Shown here one piece after another: positions 25,786 to 40,505 of a stretch of DNA of 64,000 nucleotides. The notes under the pieces are model-generated. The model did not search any database and was not told where the DNA came from. It saw only the letters and a program-made list of their open reading frames with translations. Position 1 is the stretch's first letter. Every line of letters begins with the position of its first letter. A program made the translations under genes and the position numbers. The stretch is from Harriotta raleighana (taxonomy: Eukaryota): the NCBI GenBank assembly GCA_050575255.1, contig JBNZDD010013687.1:1462751-1526750 (forward strand), written 5' to 3'.

Positions 25786-26700
25786 CACAAAATAGGCAGC
25801 TCGAGGAGTTATCATGAATCGGAAACAACAACAATAACAAAGTACATTCACACAGCACTTTTCATATCATTCTATGGGTTAATGAAAAATTGGAAGAACT
25901 ATGCTGTTTCCAGGATGGGATTTGAAAGAGAATTGCTTTAAATGAATTCAAATTAATAAATGAATGCAATCGATGTGATTGAATAGTTATCTGTTGGCTA
26001 GCATTCTATTTCCATTCGCTGACCTGTCATTTCTTCCAGCCAACAATGCATTGCCGATTTTAGTTGTGTCAAGCATGTAGCAGATCAACAATTTCTTTCA
26101 CTGGTGCCAGAAGCCCTGGGGCACATTAGTTTTTCTGTCAAGATTCATGCAATATAATTTCACAGACATGTTTGTGTAGTCCAATATGGGGAAACAGGAT
26201 ATTTCCCATCTAACCAGGTGTTCCCAATACACTTATCACCTCTGCCATGCGCTCACTATCTAATGTTACTGGTCACTTACTCAGTCAGGATCCAGCCAGG
26301 TGTTACTCTCTGAATAAGACACTGGGGATCCCCTCATCTACTTTCATTAAACAAATAGTCATTAACATTTGAGAAGCGAGTCTGCCAGTTGCACAAGTAT
26401 GGAATTTTAATTACTCAGATTATTGATTGCTCATTCCCTTATTTTAATATACTCAAGTGAACACATGCAAATTCAATAATGAATCACACACACAACCCTG
26501 TAAGTCCCTATGTGATGGGTGCCCGGACGTAGATTTGCTACTTGTGGGTGTGAGTGAGTGAAAAGTGTAGTTTTAGATAGAAAGATAGAGGGAGAAATAA
26601 TCACAAAGTCAGTTAATCCAATCGGTTCTTACACGCACACCATTGGTATTCATGAACTCCAAAATTTTAAGCAGTTCACCTGTCTACAACTACAGCCAGA

Positions 26701-26800
26701 AATAATAATAATAATCTTTGCATTTGATATAGCGTCTTATCACATCTTCAAGACATCTCAAAGTGCTTCACAGAGTACACTGTAAAGTGAATTGACAGTG
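26701..26800 (-). mobile_element. SINE 3' tail
   Basis: (AAT)n CTTTGCATTTGATATAGCGTCTTATCACATCTTCAAGACATCTCAAAGTGCTTCACAGAG. Confidence 0.8.
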
Positions 26801-28761
26801 AATGATCCAACTACTGAGGTATAGGACTCCAAAATAGTGCATGGCACTGAGCCCTAACAGCAGCAATGAAATAAATAAGTGGGATAGACATTTAAAATGA
26901 TGGAAAAATCAATATTTTGGAAAGATGTTATCTACACTGAAATGTGTCTTGTTTCTAAAGTAGTTTTTTTTACAAGTACAACTACTAACAACTAATACTG
27001 TCAGTCCAGATACATAAAATCATTAATCATTTATTTATTCCAATGGACTTCTGCAATGTGATCATTGTTCGTTTTAACAGATATAGGTTTTGAAGATCTT
27101 GTGCAAGTATTTGTTCATAAACTTACAGGAGGTTATACCAACAATTTACACATGAATTCTTACCTTTATATCAGTTGCATGCTGCATGACTTCATATCTA
27201 TCTATAAAAGAAAAATTAATAAACCACATCCTGGTGTATTACTTTGTTTGAACTTGGCATTAATTGTTTCTATAAAACAATGAGGATAATATACTGTAAT
27301 CTCTATGGTTTGTTGATTCCTATACAAAAGTTATGAGAGTCATTAATTTAAAAGCTGGTGCTGGGAAGTACAATGCATTAACAGTTTTTTAATTAAAATC
27401 ATTTTGATTAGAATCTTAATTTCCTATAAATCAGTTCTATTCATTTTATCTTCTAAAACATTTCTGCATGATGATCTACTTTTATTGTGGATAGAAAATA
27501 GAAGTGTCACTTTATTGACACATAGTTGATTTATAACTGTATAAATGTCTGACAAATATATCATCAGTATTTCTTGATCATAATTGTAAAGTTTATTAAT
27601 GATGACTATCATAAAACATTTATTGCAAAAGGTGTTAGTATTTTTTTACCTGCACAAATGCAGATAAATATCTATTACTGAAACAAGATTAAGACAATTT
27701 TCCTGCATCACAGGTATTTACAACATCTGAATGAAAGGATCATTAATTTTACCATCAATTAATGTGCATAGAAATTTTAGTTTAATTATCACAATTTCTT
27801 AATGTATCATATCTAATAACATAAATAATGTACCCTCCATTTTCCTAAAGATAGGATAGAGATTTCATATGATTGGAAAAGCCAATTCCCATTAACATAA
27901 TTTGCATATGCTACTTATCCTACTTCAATTTATTCTCCTTTTTGCTATGACTTTAGGATGAATAACCTTCCAAGTTTCATAAATGTAGAACAATTTGAGT
28001 TATTAATGACATTTATACAAACATTACTTTTTCTCCCCTCTTTGATTTGCTCCCATTACAAATGACAAAGTAAATTATATTATAACTATTCAGCGTTACT
28101 CCAATTATAACAGTATTGTGAGAGTTTACTAATGATAACTGAGCTACCAAGAAATCTTATTGCAATAATTCCAGCAGAGGATCAAGATCACAGCAATTCA
28201 ATCTTTAAAGTGTTGACCTTCTTTACATTACCAAATGACTTATAATACCACTAAGCATTTTAGCCTTCAAGTAATATACTGCATTTCTGGTTAAGTGCAG
28301 ATCCTGAATATCTAATTCTGAAGTTGTAAAATACTTTTTCACACAATGTAGCACAATGGATAATTTCAGCCTCATTTAACTAAATGCTGAGATCAAAAGT
28401 AAGTTGAATTAACCTTTTGTCTTTTTTGATTATTATTAAATAAAAAGTATTATACCTCACATAGTAAAATAGCATGCAAATATTCTTATAGATTATACAA
28501 ACAATCCACCTGGATCTAGATTTACTCATAGAAGCAGTTTAGACCATTCTGAATTCAGTAAATTCTTAAATAAAAGCTTACTTTTGAAATCAGTTTTCTG
28601 GGGAGCTTTTAAATTAAAAACAAATCAGTGGTCTTGAATTAGTAAAGTAAGTAATAGGAATGGATGATCACCAAAGTGGATTTGACTATCTTGGGTTTTG
28701 TCTAAGGTCTTTATTTGACTAATTTGTAGTTAGGCAATTCCATCCTCAACTGCACCAACAT

Positions 28762-29110
28762 GCATTTATATCGCATCCTGCATGTAACGCTGTGGAACAC
28801 TTTACAGTGAGACGTCAGACACTGAGTGAGGAATGCGAGAGGGAGGGAGATACAGTAATTATACAGGAACAGGGCGTTTGAAAAGTAAAATTTGTACGAG
28901 ACTAAGATATGATGCCACAGTAGATGTGAAATAGGCAATGTGGCAAATTTGTAGGAAAACAATTTTAATCAGTGACCAAATGTGAGGGAAGAAAGTCAGC
29001 TGAGAAACAAACTGAATCCTGTTGTTATGCTTGAGGTGAGAGAACTGGTCAGAGAGGGTAAGAATCTTGGGAAATAGGAGCCAAGGGCAAGGAGGCATTG
29101 GCAGAGGCTT
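28762..29110 (-). mobile_element. L2 LINE 3' fragment
   Basis: GCATTTATATCGC...ACTTTACAGTG tail (reverse complement) followed by purine-rich sequence typical of antisense L2 ORF2. Confidence 0.5.
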
Positions 29111-31112
29111 CTATTTTGAGCTTAATAATTGGTCCTATTAGAAAAAGTGGCAGCAAAGTAATATCATTGTTTACCATGAATCTATGATCCATTTATTTCT
29201 GACAACCCCAAGGTTTTAAAATGATTCCCTATAGTCCACTTATCTACTGCAGAGCATCACTAGGCAGTAGTTCTATTTTCATATTACAGTACCTGAATGT
29301 CCTATGCAAGTTATTAAACGCTCCAAGATGCCATCTGGCGTGAAGTGTGCTATATATGTGCAAGTTGTTGTTGTTATTGGAGTGTATTGTTGCTGGGATT
29401 TTCTGAAAAGTTCTACTTCACTCTGCAAGTGACAATAATTATCAGAAACATCCAATGTTGTGGCTTCAAGTCAACTTTGGGTCCAGTAAGTTTATCACAA
29501 CATGGAAGTATAAAGACAGCTGGGCTACAGATGATCTCCTTGAGTAATAGTGAAACAAAGTAAAATGTATACAACTACACACTGTAATAAAGTACAGTGT
29601 GATAAAGTAAGAAGAGAAGTAGAAACCAAAATAATCATTGTTATTTAAATGGTGGCCAACATTTAAAAAAAAATATTCTTTAATGATTAATTTGTTAGAA
29701 TTTCTCATCTGAATTACTTAGCTTTCCCACTTGGTTAAAAAAAAAGTTTTCCTTATTTCCCTCTGGATGAATTTTGCTTTTTTGTCCAGTTGTGCTCTTC
29801 AGTCTGTGATAATCTGCAAACAAATATCTTCAGTTTCCTCCACTTATAGGAGGAACCTGGAGAGTTGAAGCCTGAATAACATTACATTAAAATTTCCAAC
29901 TATTGATGTATTTCATCCTTACATTTTCCATTGTATAAATTCTGCTGTTTAATTTATCATGCCTACTCTTTTTAAAAAAAAAATATTATTCCTTGTAAGT
30001 TTACTGTACTGACTAGGAGCAACCAGATAGGCAGGAAAAATATATTTTATGTTCCTCAAATAAACAGTGAGATTTTGCATTCCCTTCAATTCTCCCTTCT
30101 CTAATTTAATCTCTGTATTCAACATCTGTTCCAAAAAAATACATTTTATTAATCACCAAATATGATTGGAACATTACATTAATCTGAAAAATTCCTGCAG
30201 GCTATTTACATGAACATACCATTGTGTGACTTTTTTTTTTAAAAATCACATAATTTGTTCCGACTATTATCTGGACATGGCAAGCTATTAACTAATTGAC
30301 CTATCTAACATGTAGGCCAATGGTAGATCATTTGCCAAAAATATGATAGGATGTGTAAAATATAAAACACGTTTGTAAATTATGCAGTAAGTGCTGAGAA
30401 ATGGAAAAGGCAATCTTGATTTGGGAACACAAGAAAAAAAGATGATCATGTCAAATTTCATGTTGAAATGGTTGAGGCTGAAGTTAAGTAAAACATTTTA
30501 ATCAAAATGATGCCAATTAAATAAATAGCTTTTATGTTTCTCAAACCTAACACTCCACACCATATGTTCACCTTGAATCTTAGCAGTCAAAAATGCAACA
30601 TTAGCTGAACCAGGTAGAATACAGAACAGCAAATGATGATCCAAGAAACAATTTATCTTTTTATCCAAATCAATATCTGATGAGGGAGGTATACATTAAG
30701 GCCATCCTTACCTAAACCATGGAAGCACTGCAATAACCAGGCCCTAGACTAAATAAAGGTATGTGAAAAATCATGACATTTCAGTAATTAAAACAATTAA
30801 CTCAAAACCCTGCAGACCTAGATTATCTCTCAATACCCAGAAAGGCAAGGAGGAAGGCAACCGCAGGTTGGAGATAAGAAAACCAGAGATGACAAAAGTA
30901 GCTGTCTTTGTAAAACACTGTTGTCATTCGGTGTCAAACAAATATTAACCCAAATTCATTTTTACTATTTATGTAGTTCCAAATCAAAGGATCACACACC
31001 AGAAATAATCCACCCCAACCACAATTCAAAGATTTTGAGAATGGTCAAAGTCTTTACAACCCCAGAATATTAGCTGAGCAATTTGCTTATAGTCGCTTGC
31101 GATGAGTTGCTT

Positions 31113-31215
31113 TAATAATAACAATTCTTGCATTTGATATAGCGCCTTATGATGTCTTCAATATGTCTCAAAGTGCTTCACAGAATATATTGTAAGTGAA
31201 TTGACGATATTTTTG
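31113..31215 (-). mobile_element. SINE 3' tail
   Basis: TAATAATAACAATTCTTGCATTTGATATAGCGCCTTATGATGTCTTCAATATGTCTCAAAGTGCTTCACAGAATATA. Confidence 0.8.
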
Positions 31216-34200
31216 TTGGCTTGATGATCAAACAGTTTCTTATCCCATACTTATTTAGGTGCTTAAACTTTGGTAAGCCTTGCATATCTGTAAACTCAGC
31301 TAGAGATCTGATTTCTATTTGTAATGTCCCTTTCAGTAATCCAATTATTCCCTTTCCCTGCAGGTGGAATTGTTTTTAGCCTCAATGGTTTTGATGAGAT
31401 AGTTTCCATATGAGCAAAACCCTCACCAGCAGGATGGATTCCTCTTTCAGAAAAATCTAAACATTATACTGGAGCAGGGAGCTGACAAGCATAAGGAATA
31501 GCTCTCGCAGCAGATGATGTCTGAACAGCAGCAAAATCTACCCATACCTATATAATCTGAACATGTTAACTTCTTCTCCTGATTGTTGGATTCGTCTGAG
31601 AAGCAATGAAGCTATCTCCATCACCCAATCTTCCACCTCACATGCATCAGATCATGAAAAGAAAGTGAATATAAAATATAAAGCATTTCATTTCCTTCAG
31701 AACCATTTACTGCAAATGATTTCCAAATGTCAAATTGTGAATCTTCATCTTATGTTCATTTATGATTTTTTTAATGTGGAAGAATATATTTTGAATTAAA
31801 AAGTTACATGTGTGATTTATTTTTAAAAGGACAACTATTAAGGAGTTTACTTTTCAAATGATACATTTTGCTGACAAAACCATGAGTATCAATCATAATC
31901 ATGTTCCATGTGTTTATATCTGTACACGTCAAACGCTTTGCAACAATAATGTTTCTTTGTTATGTTTAAAATCAAGGACATTAAATATGGAGATGACTGG
32001 TCAAGGCAGAGACACAAGAAAGGATGCCAATGGAAGACAGAAGGCACTTTAACTCGGTACAATATTAATGAAAGTTACACAAATGAGCGCTTTAAGTAAA
32101 ATCACCCCACTAGTAATGTAGTAGCAATTGTAAATTTCTCATGAACAATACATTTTTTTCCACAAATCTTATAACTTAAAAAGATGCGACAAATCGTCCC
32201 ACTGGTGTGTGTGTATTTATAGAGTGGCTTTGTAAAGAGGACTCTCACCTTTTGACAAGAATGTTGAATGATACAGAATTGTGTACCGTGATTCAAACAA
32301 CAGTCATGTTTGCAGTAGGATAGTCATGAAAAGAGCCTTTAAAAGAGTAGGCAGGTAGGTTTTGTGTCATAGTTTAATTGTTCAGCACTTGACCATATCT
32401 AGAACAAGTAGCATTTCCAAAAACTCCCCATGTTTACCGAAAATTACTGCCTGCATCAATCCGTGTGTTCAAGTGTAGGTTACTTAAGGGATAGCGAATT
32501 TATCATTCCTGGATCTTTCACCACTTGACATGTTTCTACATTTTTTTTTGCTGCCTCTTTAGGTTTTATATGGAAGCATGATAAAGCAACCGAGGTTCAC
32601 GTTGCTATTCACTTACTGCTCCTTGTTTCTGCTACATCAACAACATTTTCTTTCCTTGTTGCTTTTTTTTTTAAAGTCGGCTCATTCCTGACACTGTTAA
32701 TAATTCCTTGTATATCGCTTTCTGCAGTATGATTTCTGACATCCAGTCCAGAAGATTCAAAAGGACCAGGCAGGTTTCTGGGGGAGTACTTTAGATGCAG
32801 AAATGCCTTGAAGACAGCAATTTATTATATTTAGGACAAGTATGACATCCCACTTCAAGGAAATGGCCTCCATACATATTGAGGAGGGTTTTGTGGTTTT
32901 GGTGGGGAGGGGGAAGTTGGTTTGAAAGAATGTCTCTGTGTTTTTAGAAAAGACATAAAGATAGGAGGCAGCATAATGAAGGCGGGAGGATAATGGATAC
33001 TGGAAGAAATTTGCCTGAGGCTATGTGGCTGCTTTTCCTACTACTGCATAACTAGTATATTTATAATTCAAATACCTAGTTTTAATAATTAACTACTACC
33101 GAATATTAAAAACAAAATGTTCAGAAGATTATGCACTGATATTCAGACACACTGCATTCAAAATCGCTACTGTTAAAATATAAATAGAGAAGGATATAGA
33201 GAGGACACAAGCAGCAAATATTCTGGGGCAAAAATTGTACAAAGAAAATCTATTATAAAATTGTACGTAAATGGTTACTTTAATTTTTCTCCAGTCAGGA
33301 ATAGTCTTTGCATTTTATTTTTTAAGTCTTAAAGATACCAGAAAAATCACAGCTGCAGTAAATTCTGTTGCATATTTTATTAACAGTTAAAACTACCTTC
33401 TGATCACAAATAACAAAATTGACAAACAAATCTATAATTTCATTTTACTTCTTTATTTGAAATAGTAATAAGCAAGATTATGGTTATAAGATTCAATAGT
33501 AAAATATTTGTCTTTAAGACTGAAATGTAAAATAATGGTGGCATTGTAGCTGGTTCAATGGTTAAGGTCAATTTAAGGCTTTGTTTCAAGTGAAAAGGCT
33601 ACATTTCAGTGTTAGGGTCCAACATATAATTTAGAAACATCGTTAGCTTTACGACTTGCTTATTATTTACCTATTCTACATAATATCACAATGCCTTAAT
33701 AAAGCAATAAATTGAGATATGTAAAATTCAATGATCATAGGTTCTGTTTTTCCTCTATTGTGATAACTGTAAACCACAATCATGTTGAATAAACAGAAAA
33801 TGAATTAAGATTACCATAATGAAATCTTTTATTATCTTGATAACAATAATTAAATTTCCAGAAGGAATATTTTTCACTATGTATCTTTTGGTTCACCAAG
33901 ATCCACAAGGTACACAAACAATTTGAGCTTTCAGTTTGCATGTGCAGTTATTGGAGTTAAAATCAAAATACTGTAGCAGGTACCTCTTTCACACTGCAGA
34001 GGAGACACAACACAAAACACTTCTGCATATGCCAAATCTTCTATACTAAAAACTGTCACGAGCAGAGAAAGAAGTGACTTTGGAAAAGACCAAGTTCAAA
34101 TCTCTAACAAAAACAGCAGATGGAAAAGGAAGAATCTTGCTTCTATTTGGCATTACAACGCCTGTGTGTGGGAGGTTGAAAAGGGGAGGGGGTAAGACTG

Positions 34201-34775
34201 AGTAGCAATGTGGGTATTACAATATTCTGTACTCTCCGAGTGCTCAGGCACGCACTGGCCCAGTTTCCTTTCTTTGCTGTCTGCAAAGGTTCTAAGAGGT
34301 TTGGCAGTTTTGACCACAAAACACAAGGCAGTTGTGTGTAGGGAGGACCCCGAGAAAAAAAGACATCATTCAGAGAGACCATTAGGATTGTATTGTGGGA
34401 AGTAGAATAAGGTGAAGATAGCATTGTTGAGGGCAAATTAAGAAGAACAACGGAATCTTGCAAAACAGATTATTGAATCAAAGGAAGCATCACAGCCTAC
34501 ACTGGCAACTCACGTATGTTTTCCAGAACTAGTCATTGGTTGAGATGGAGAGGAGGAATTCAGACTAATTTTCGCTGCCATACCTCAGGACTGCAGAAGC
34601 CAGTGCCAGCTAGTTCATTTACCACAGAACAATTGGGGAAAACACAAATGATTTATTTCTAACTTTCCTTTTGCGAAACATTTACTGAGCTACCCATATG
34701 TCAAGAATTAAATGGAATCACTGTATTTTTTAAAGTAAACTAGTCTTAATAAAATTCACTTTCCTCAAAGACTTT

Positions 34776-34835
34776 TCAGCGTCTTGGGACGTCCTCCCAA
34801 GGCACCCTATAAATATAATTTTGTTGTTGTTGTTT
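34776..34835 (+). mobile_element. L2 tail (short)
   Basis: TTCAGCGTCTTGGGACGTCCTCCCAAGGCACCCTATAAATATAATTTTGTTGTTGTTG. Confidence 0.7.
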
Positions 34836-36892
34836 TACACCAGTATGAATAACTCATGACTTTAGCAATATTTTCAAAATGTTAATAATGCATTTCCTTG
34901 TTCATTACTGGCATTTTGTCGTGTGTGAAAAAAAAACATTAAAAAAGGGATTTCAAGTAAATGTGATAAAGTAGACCTAGATTATTGTACTCGATCAGTT
35001 CTCCCTTTGTTTAAGGCTCTACAGATTGCCCATTTGAAAGCAGATCGTCAGATTTACCTGCTACTGTGTATTGCTGCTGACAATTTTCACTAGCCATAGA
35101 ACAGAAGCATAATTGGGGGAGTCCAGTCTTCTAGGTTCCTTTTCTTCAGACTTTTTTCAAGAGCAAATAAAGTGGTTCCCACATACTTCAGGTAAACAAA
35201 TACCCTTAAGGGTCTTGATACAAAGAATCAAGCAAAAAAGGAACTTTGACGGCAGCTGAGTATGGGACAACAACTTTCGGAACAAAAAGAATCCTGAGAG
35301 TGGGAAATTCACTGCCCATAGGCCAAAATTATTGAACTACTCAAAAATGAGATAAGCAGGGTCAGACAGAAACACATATCCATTTACTCTTAAGGGAAAG
35401 AGATATTAAGAGATGTAGAAACAGTAGGGAAGTGGGATTTAATAAAAGTTCTGGGTGTGAATTTGGATGATAAGGGCTTGTAACTGGGAGGCAATATTTT
35501 TCCTGTAGATTTTCATGAGTTTCATTTGCAGTTAAATTAACTTTTCTAGAACTCCAATTGCTATCTGGCTTCCTATCAGGGCCTCACATGTAATATTTTA
35601 ACAAGTTGTAGAAGTGGACCTGGAATGTGTTACAAGATTTGTTTTTCTGGTTTCTGGAAGTCATCAAGAAGAGGTGTTTGCCATCTGATCCAAGAGGAGA
35701 AGCCAAGACAAGAACAGGCCCGGAGGCTGCACAGATGCCTCATTACAATTGGGGACAGACATACAAGGAAGCAAAAGGACATGTCACTTGCATGCAAACG
35801 TCAGAAGAATAGTGTATTTGCAGGTTGCAAGGATTGCTGCAACAGAAATCTGTAATTTGTTGGCAGAGAATTTGAGTTGTCCTGCCTGTGTGCCAATTAA
35901 TTTCACTACAGCATTAAGATGTTATGCCCACTTCCAGGCTTCAGTTACTGCCGAGATTGGCATAAGTCAAATGTGAGTGTTTCAGTGTATAAATCACTTT
36001 ATTATTGCATTGTGCTAACATGCTGCCCAATTCACCCACCTTTCTCAGAATGCATAGATGTAGAGAGTCAGAAAGCATAGAACACCGACACCAGTCATGT
36101 GTCCCAAGCTGCGATAATGAGGAAAGGCCACAGATGGAGTACATCGAAGCCTTCCAGAACTATGACTCTTACTGCAATACTATCATTGTAGTAATATTAT
36201 TCATGGAAGCTATCCTTTCTCAGTCCGAAGAGCTATGGAACTAGCTGGACCTCGAGAATGCTCCACTTATTGTCCTTTCGTGAACACTGTTGGCAGTGTT
36301 AGGAATTCCCTGTGGCACAGAACACAACAGAAAACAGAACAGAATGGTACACAAAATCAACCAAGGTTCTCAATTCTGAATACCATCCAATGCCCTTGAT
36401 TGTGTGTGTGGATATCAGATGAGGACAAGATTAGGATCTGCTGTGACTTCTCCCCTCCCATCCCATGATTGAAATAGTCCTTGTCAAGGTTGCCACAATT
36501 AATTTGGGAAAATGACGAGATGGTAGTCAATATCCTTGGTACTCTCAACAAAGAGTCAGGATAGAAAGAAACGGGAGAAAAATTCACACAAAAATGACCT
36601 TGCAGACATCATAAGCTTGCAAGATCTCTAACTACCACACAAGCAGAATACAAATTATCTTAAAGGCAAATACTGTATAAGAAATCTTAAGGCTAAAATT
36701 TTCACCCAAGTTTTTTGACATTAAAATAAAATGGTTAAAACCTATTTTTCTCCATAAATGCAGTTACCACATCCGTGAAGTGGGGATGTCAGTTGTTTTT
36801 ATGCTTAGTGACTTCAGCTTCTCAACTTGCACTGTAATGACACCACAGAGAGAATGGTAAAACAACAGTGATTCAGCCTAACTTTTCACAAG

Positions 36893-36928
36893 GTAATTCT
36901 CTAATGTAATTCTCTAATGTAATTCTCT
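36893..36928. repeat. 13-bp tandem repeat (GTAATTCTCTAAT) x2.8
   Basis: Units at 36893, 36906 and 36919 (partial). Confidence 0.9.
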
Positions 36929-37303
36929 TCTAGATCACAAACCACACCTATACTGGGTTTCAGCATTGTATAACACACCTTTTCAGTATTGAATCAACAC
37001 TATACAAATATAGAATAAATGGGATATTAATATAGAACTATTACTTCTGAGTGGAGAGTAATTAGTTCCCTTTGATTTCAAGCCCAAGATGTTTCATCCA
37101 GTGGCCTTGCTGGGAACTGACAAAACTCATTCAACCATAAGATTAATTCTTTTTGCAACTATAAATTGATTTCTAGAACGTTGCCTGGTTTGGTGTTTAT
37201 ACCTAAAATATTCAGCTCAGTTGTGAACCGAAGTACATATACATTAGCTCTTTCATAATAACATTCTCTAATAAATCACAATTTCTGATGTAAAACAGCT
37301 TTT

Positions 37304-37324
37304 ACACACACACACACACACACA
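37304..37324. repeat. (CA)n microsatellite
   Basis: Seen directly. Confidence 0.95.
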
Positions 37325-37727
37325 TCATCCGATAGAGAAACTTTTAAAAATGCTGACAACAGCATGTTTTTTTATGGCAACCAACCAAATGGTCTCAGAG
37401 TAAAGTACTATAACAGCAAAGCAATCAATAATGTGTGACTCATTGACTTTTCAATATTTCATACAATGTTGCACACAAGATCTATACCCTCCCCCCACAA
37501 TTGCTGTAGTCACACCCTAGCATAATCCAACAGTCCTGGGTGGTTGATATATGAACTGTGAATCTGCAAACAGGATCCAGGAACACATTATCTCAAAGAA
37601 ATTCTGATTCGTTGTTTAAAAAAGTTAACCAGTCGCTAAAAACAGAAGACCCATACATCAGTACACACCAAAAACAGTTTCATGTTTAGCTCTATCCGTT
37701 CTGTACTCTTAAATCCCAGTGTAAGCC

Positions 37728-37866
37728 AAATGTCCTAAAGCACTTCACAAAATATACTGCAAAGTGGAATAACTGTATATTTTGTGGGTGAATCGCCGCA
37801 ACCAATTGTGCACAGCAGTATCCCACAAGCAGTCGTGGATTGAGTAACCAAGTTATTATTATTATT
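37728..37866 (-). mobile_element. SINE core and tail fragment
   Basis: CTAAAGCACTTCACAAAATATACTGCAAAGTG...CAATTGTGCACAGCAGTATCCCACAAGCAGTCGTGGATTGA. Confidence 0.8.
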
Positions 37867-38980
37867 AATTGTTTCCTCCACAATTGGATTGTGTTTGCCA
37901 GGGTCTGGCTGCCTAGCGTCCATATCAAAGCCACAATGCAGATAAACAGACATACCACATAACTTACATAACCATACACTCCTACTCTCACCCCATCAAC
38001 ACATTTTCACCAAAACTCCAAGCTCATTAGAAAACCTAACATCTGGGAATAAGTCTGAAGAATTGGAAGAGATAAGGAAGAGAACTCTCGCATTCTCATG
38101 TGCAACAGAATGCAAGCAGACCAACTCAAGATTGTACACCAAACATACCATACTTGGAATAGTGGAATAGCCTGCTTGATCTGGTGGGTATTCAAGCTAA
38201 CATGTGTGTCTCCTTTCCTGTTGTATATCATATGTTTTCCCACTCCTCAGTATCCAATTAAACTGGCATATATCCAGACACCTGCTCAATGTGTGCCAGT
38301 TTAATTGAATAATCAGGGCTATGGAGAAATACCTGTCAAAAAGCCACACAACTAGCTTTCCCCTATAAATACAGAACATAGAAAAAAATCCCAATGTCCC
38401 CATCTGTGCAAGCAGTGAGTAGACTAATAGAAGACGGATGAAATCAATGTTATCTGATTCATCACTTCACATTCTGATTGGAGAAAAAGGATCTTAATTA
38501 TTCTCTCAGCAAAAATAAGATTAGCCGCATAATAATTCCCATATAGTTCTCCTCAATACCTGATGGTCTCCTTCTCTCCTGACCCCAACCCCACCAAAAA
38601 AAGACCATCACCTCTGTAATCAGATTGCCTTGGTCCCACATTGCTGTAGCTCTGGATTAACAACTCAAATGTTTCAAAGTATGTGTCCACAAATACTCTT
38701 CTCTATACATTTTCCAGACAAGTAAATATTCTGGGACTCAATTTAAAAATAAATAGACTGGACCATTCTGAAAATAGAAGAAATTCTAATGAAGTAAACA
38801 AAATTCTTTGAGTTTTGGGAACAAACGGAGGAAGATTGTTAAAATCTTAATATATCCTAATATGCATGGAGAAGTGTTTTTACAAGGTAATAGATCAGAA
38901 AAGCTATTTATGTTTGAATACAGCCGCTTGAAGCTGCACTCTCCAATAAATGTTCTTTTTTTACTTTAAAGTTTTTGGGG

Positions 38981-39088
38981 AAAACCTGGAAGCCAGCTTG
39001 CACACAACGATGTCCCACAAACAGCTATGGAGTGAGTGACAAATTTTACTTTGGGTGATTGCTGGTCAGGACACCAGGAGAAACTCCA
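38981..39088 (-). mobile_element. Deu-domain (SacSINE/AmnSINE-like) core remnant
   Basis: AGCCAGCTTGCACACAACGATGTCCCACAAACAGCTATG...GGTCAGGACACCAGGAGAAACTCC resembles the recalled Deu-domain consensus. Confidence 0.6.
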
Positions 39089-39864
39089 GAGGAGAAAGAT
39101 TTTAGTACTGTTCATTATTCAATGACACCGCCCACCCTCATTTACCTCAAGTGCAATGCAACCAATAGTTATCAAGAATCTTATTCGCCTCAATAATCAA
39201 TATCAAACCTCAGAAATGAAGAATGACCTTTTTAGATACTGTATGACTAGTGATAATCATAACCATTGCCAACCATGAGTCACCACCTTCAAAAGTGGAG
39301 GAGTAAGTTTTTTTTTGGATTTGCAGGATTATTTGCAAAATAAATTTGCATAATAGTTGCTGCGCACACAAAAGATCTGCAGAAGAATAAAGAATTGGAT
39401 CTTTTCAAAATGATAATTATATATCTATTTAATTCAACTGACAATGGATTGAACAAAGACAAGGGTTTTTTCACCGAGTTTGAATAGATTTTTTTTATTA
39501 TTCTCTTTCGTAAATGTTAAACTAACTGAGGCAATCTTTGTTATTACTAATGCCCCACCACGAAAAGTCATTGCAGTAAAATTAAACACAGCTCAGAAGA
39601 GTGGGGTACTGCTTAATGCACCACTTAACTTTGCATTCCAAAGTGTTCTCAAACCAGACTTAAAGCTCATTGAATAAACAGAGGATATCCTTCAACAACC
39701 TGTTGAATAAGAAAACTATGTTAACGAGTGACCTGATCTCACAACTGTTGACTGCTGAGGTCACAATTGAGTTCTGAAGGTCAGAAGTTGGAAATTTTTC
39801 ATACTCAATGAATCCCTGAGGGATTTTGAATCATCATAGATCTGAGCTTTTCATAGTAACAGTT

Positions 39865-40205
39865 TTAGGCAGGCATATTCATCCATCTAGTTACCCATCC
39901 AAAATCTTAAAAGATTCACTCAACACATTTATCTTATCATATAATGACCCTGACTCCTTTTTATTTCTAAAAACTTGTCTAGTTCCTTTTTGAAACCCTT
40001 TAGAGTTCCCTGTTGCACCACCACTGACATTAGTTTATTCCAGAAACATAATATCCTTTTACTATAAATGTTTCTATTGCACTTACTATTTTGTTATGCT
40101 TATTTTGAAACTATGTCCCATTGTTATTGAATTCTCTATATGGCAAACAAATGTATCTTCATCGAAATGTTCCAAACCCTTCACAATTTTGAACATTTTT
40201 ATCAT
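39865..40205 (-). mobile_element. Degenerate CR1 3' fragment
   Basis: CTTGTCTAGTTCCTTTTTGAAA...CCACTGACATTAGTTTATTCCAGA...AAACCCTTCACAATTTTGAACA, reverse-complemented CR1 ORF2 end. Confidence 0.55.
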
Positions 40206-40210
40206 GTCGC

Positions 40211-40505
40211 AGTCCCCTGTAGCTCAGTAATTAGAGCACTTGCTTCGCAAGGAGAGGCCAGTCAGGCAAAACCCTGGGCAAGTTTCCTAACTCCACATGC
40301 CTGGTAATAATCTCTCGAGAAACAAAAACAATAATAAATCGGTCATTTCAATCCACGACTGTTTGTGGGACACGGCTATGCGCAATTGGCTGTCGCCTTT
40401 CGCCTACAAAACATACAGTCAATTCACTTTTGCAGTATATTCTGTGAAGCGCTTTGAGACGTCTAGAAGACGTGAAAAATGCGATATCAAATGCCAGGAT
40501 TATTA
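40211..40505 (+). mobile_element. tRNA-derived SINE with internal deletions
   Basis: AGTCCCCTGTAGCTCAGTAATTAGAGCACTTGC head with B-box deleted; core GGGACACGGCTATGCGCAATTGGCTG; tail TGTGAAGCGCTTTGAGACG...AAATGCCAGGATTATTA. Confidence 0.85.

Noticed and set aside
35625-35855. Possible Harbinger Myb/SANT-like remnant
   Set aside because: Only a vague resemblance across broken frames; cannot be supported without a profile search.
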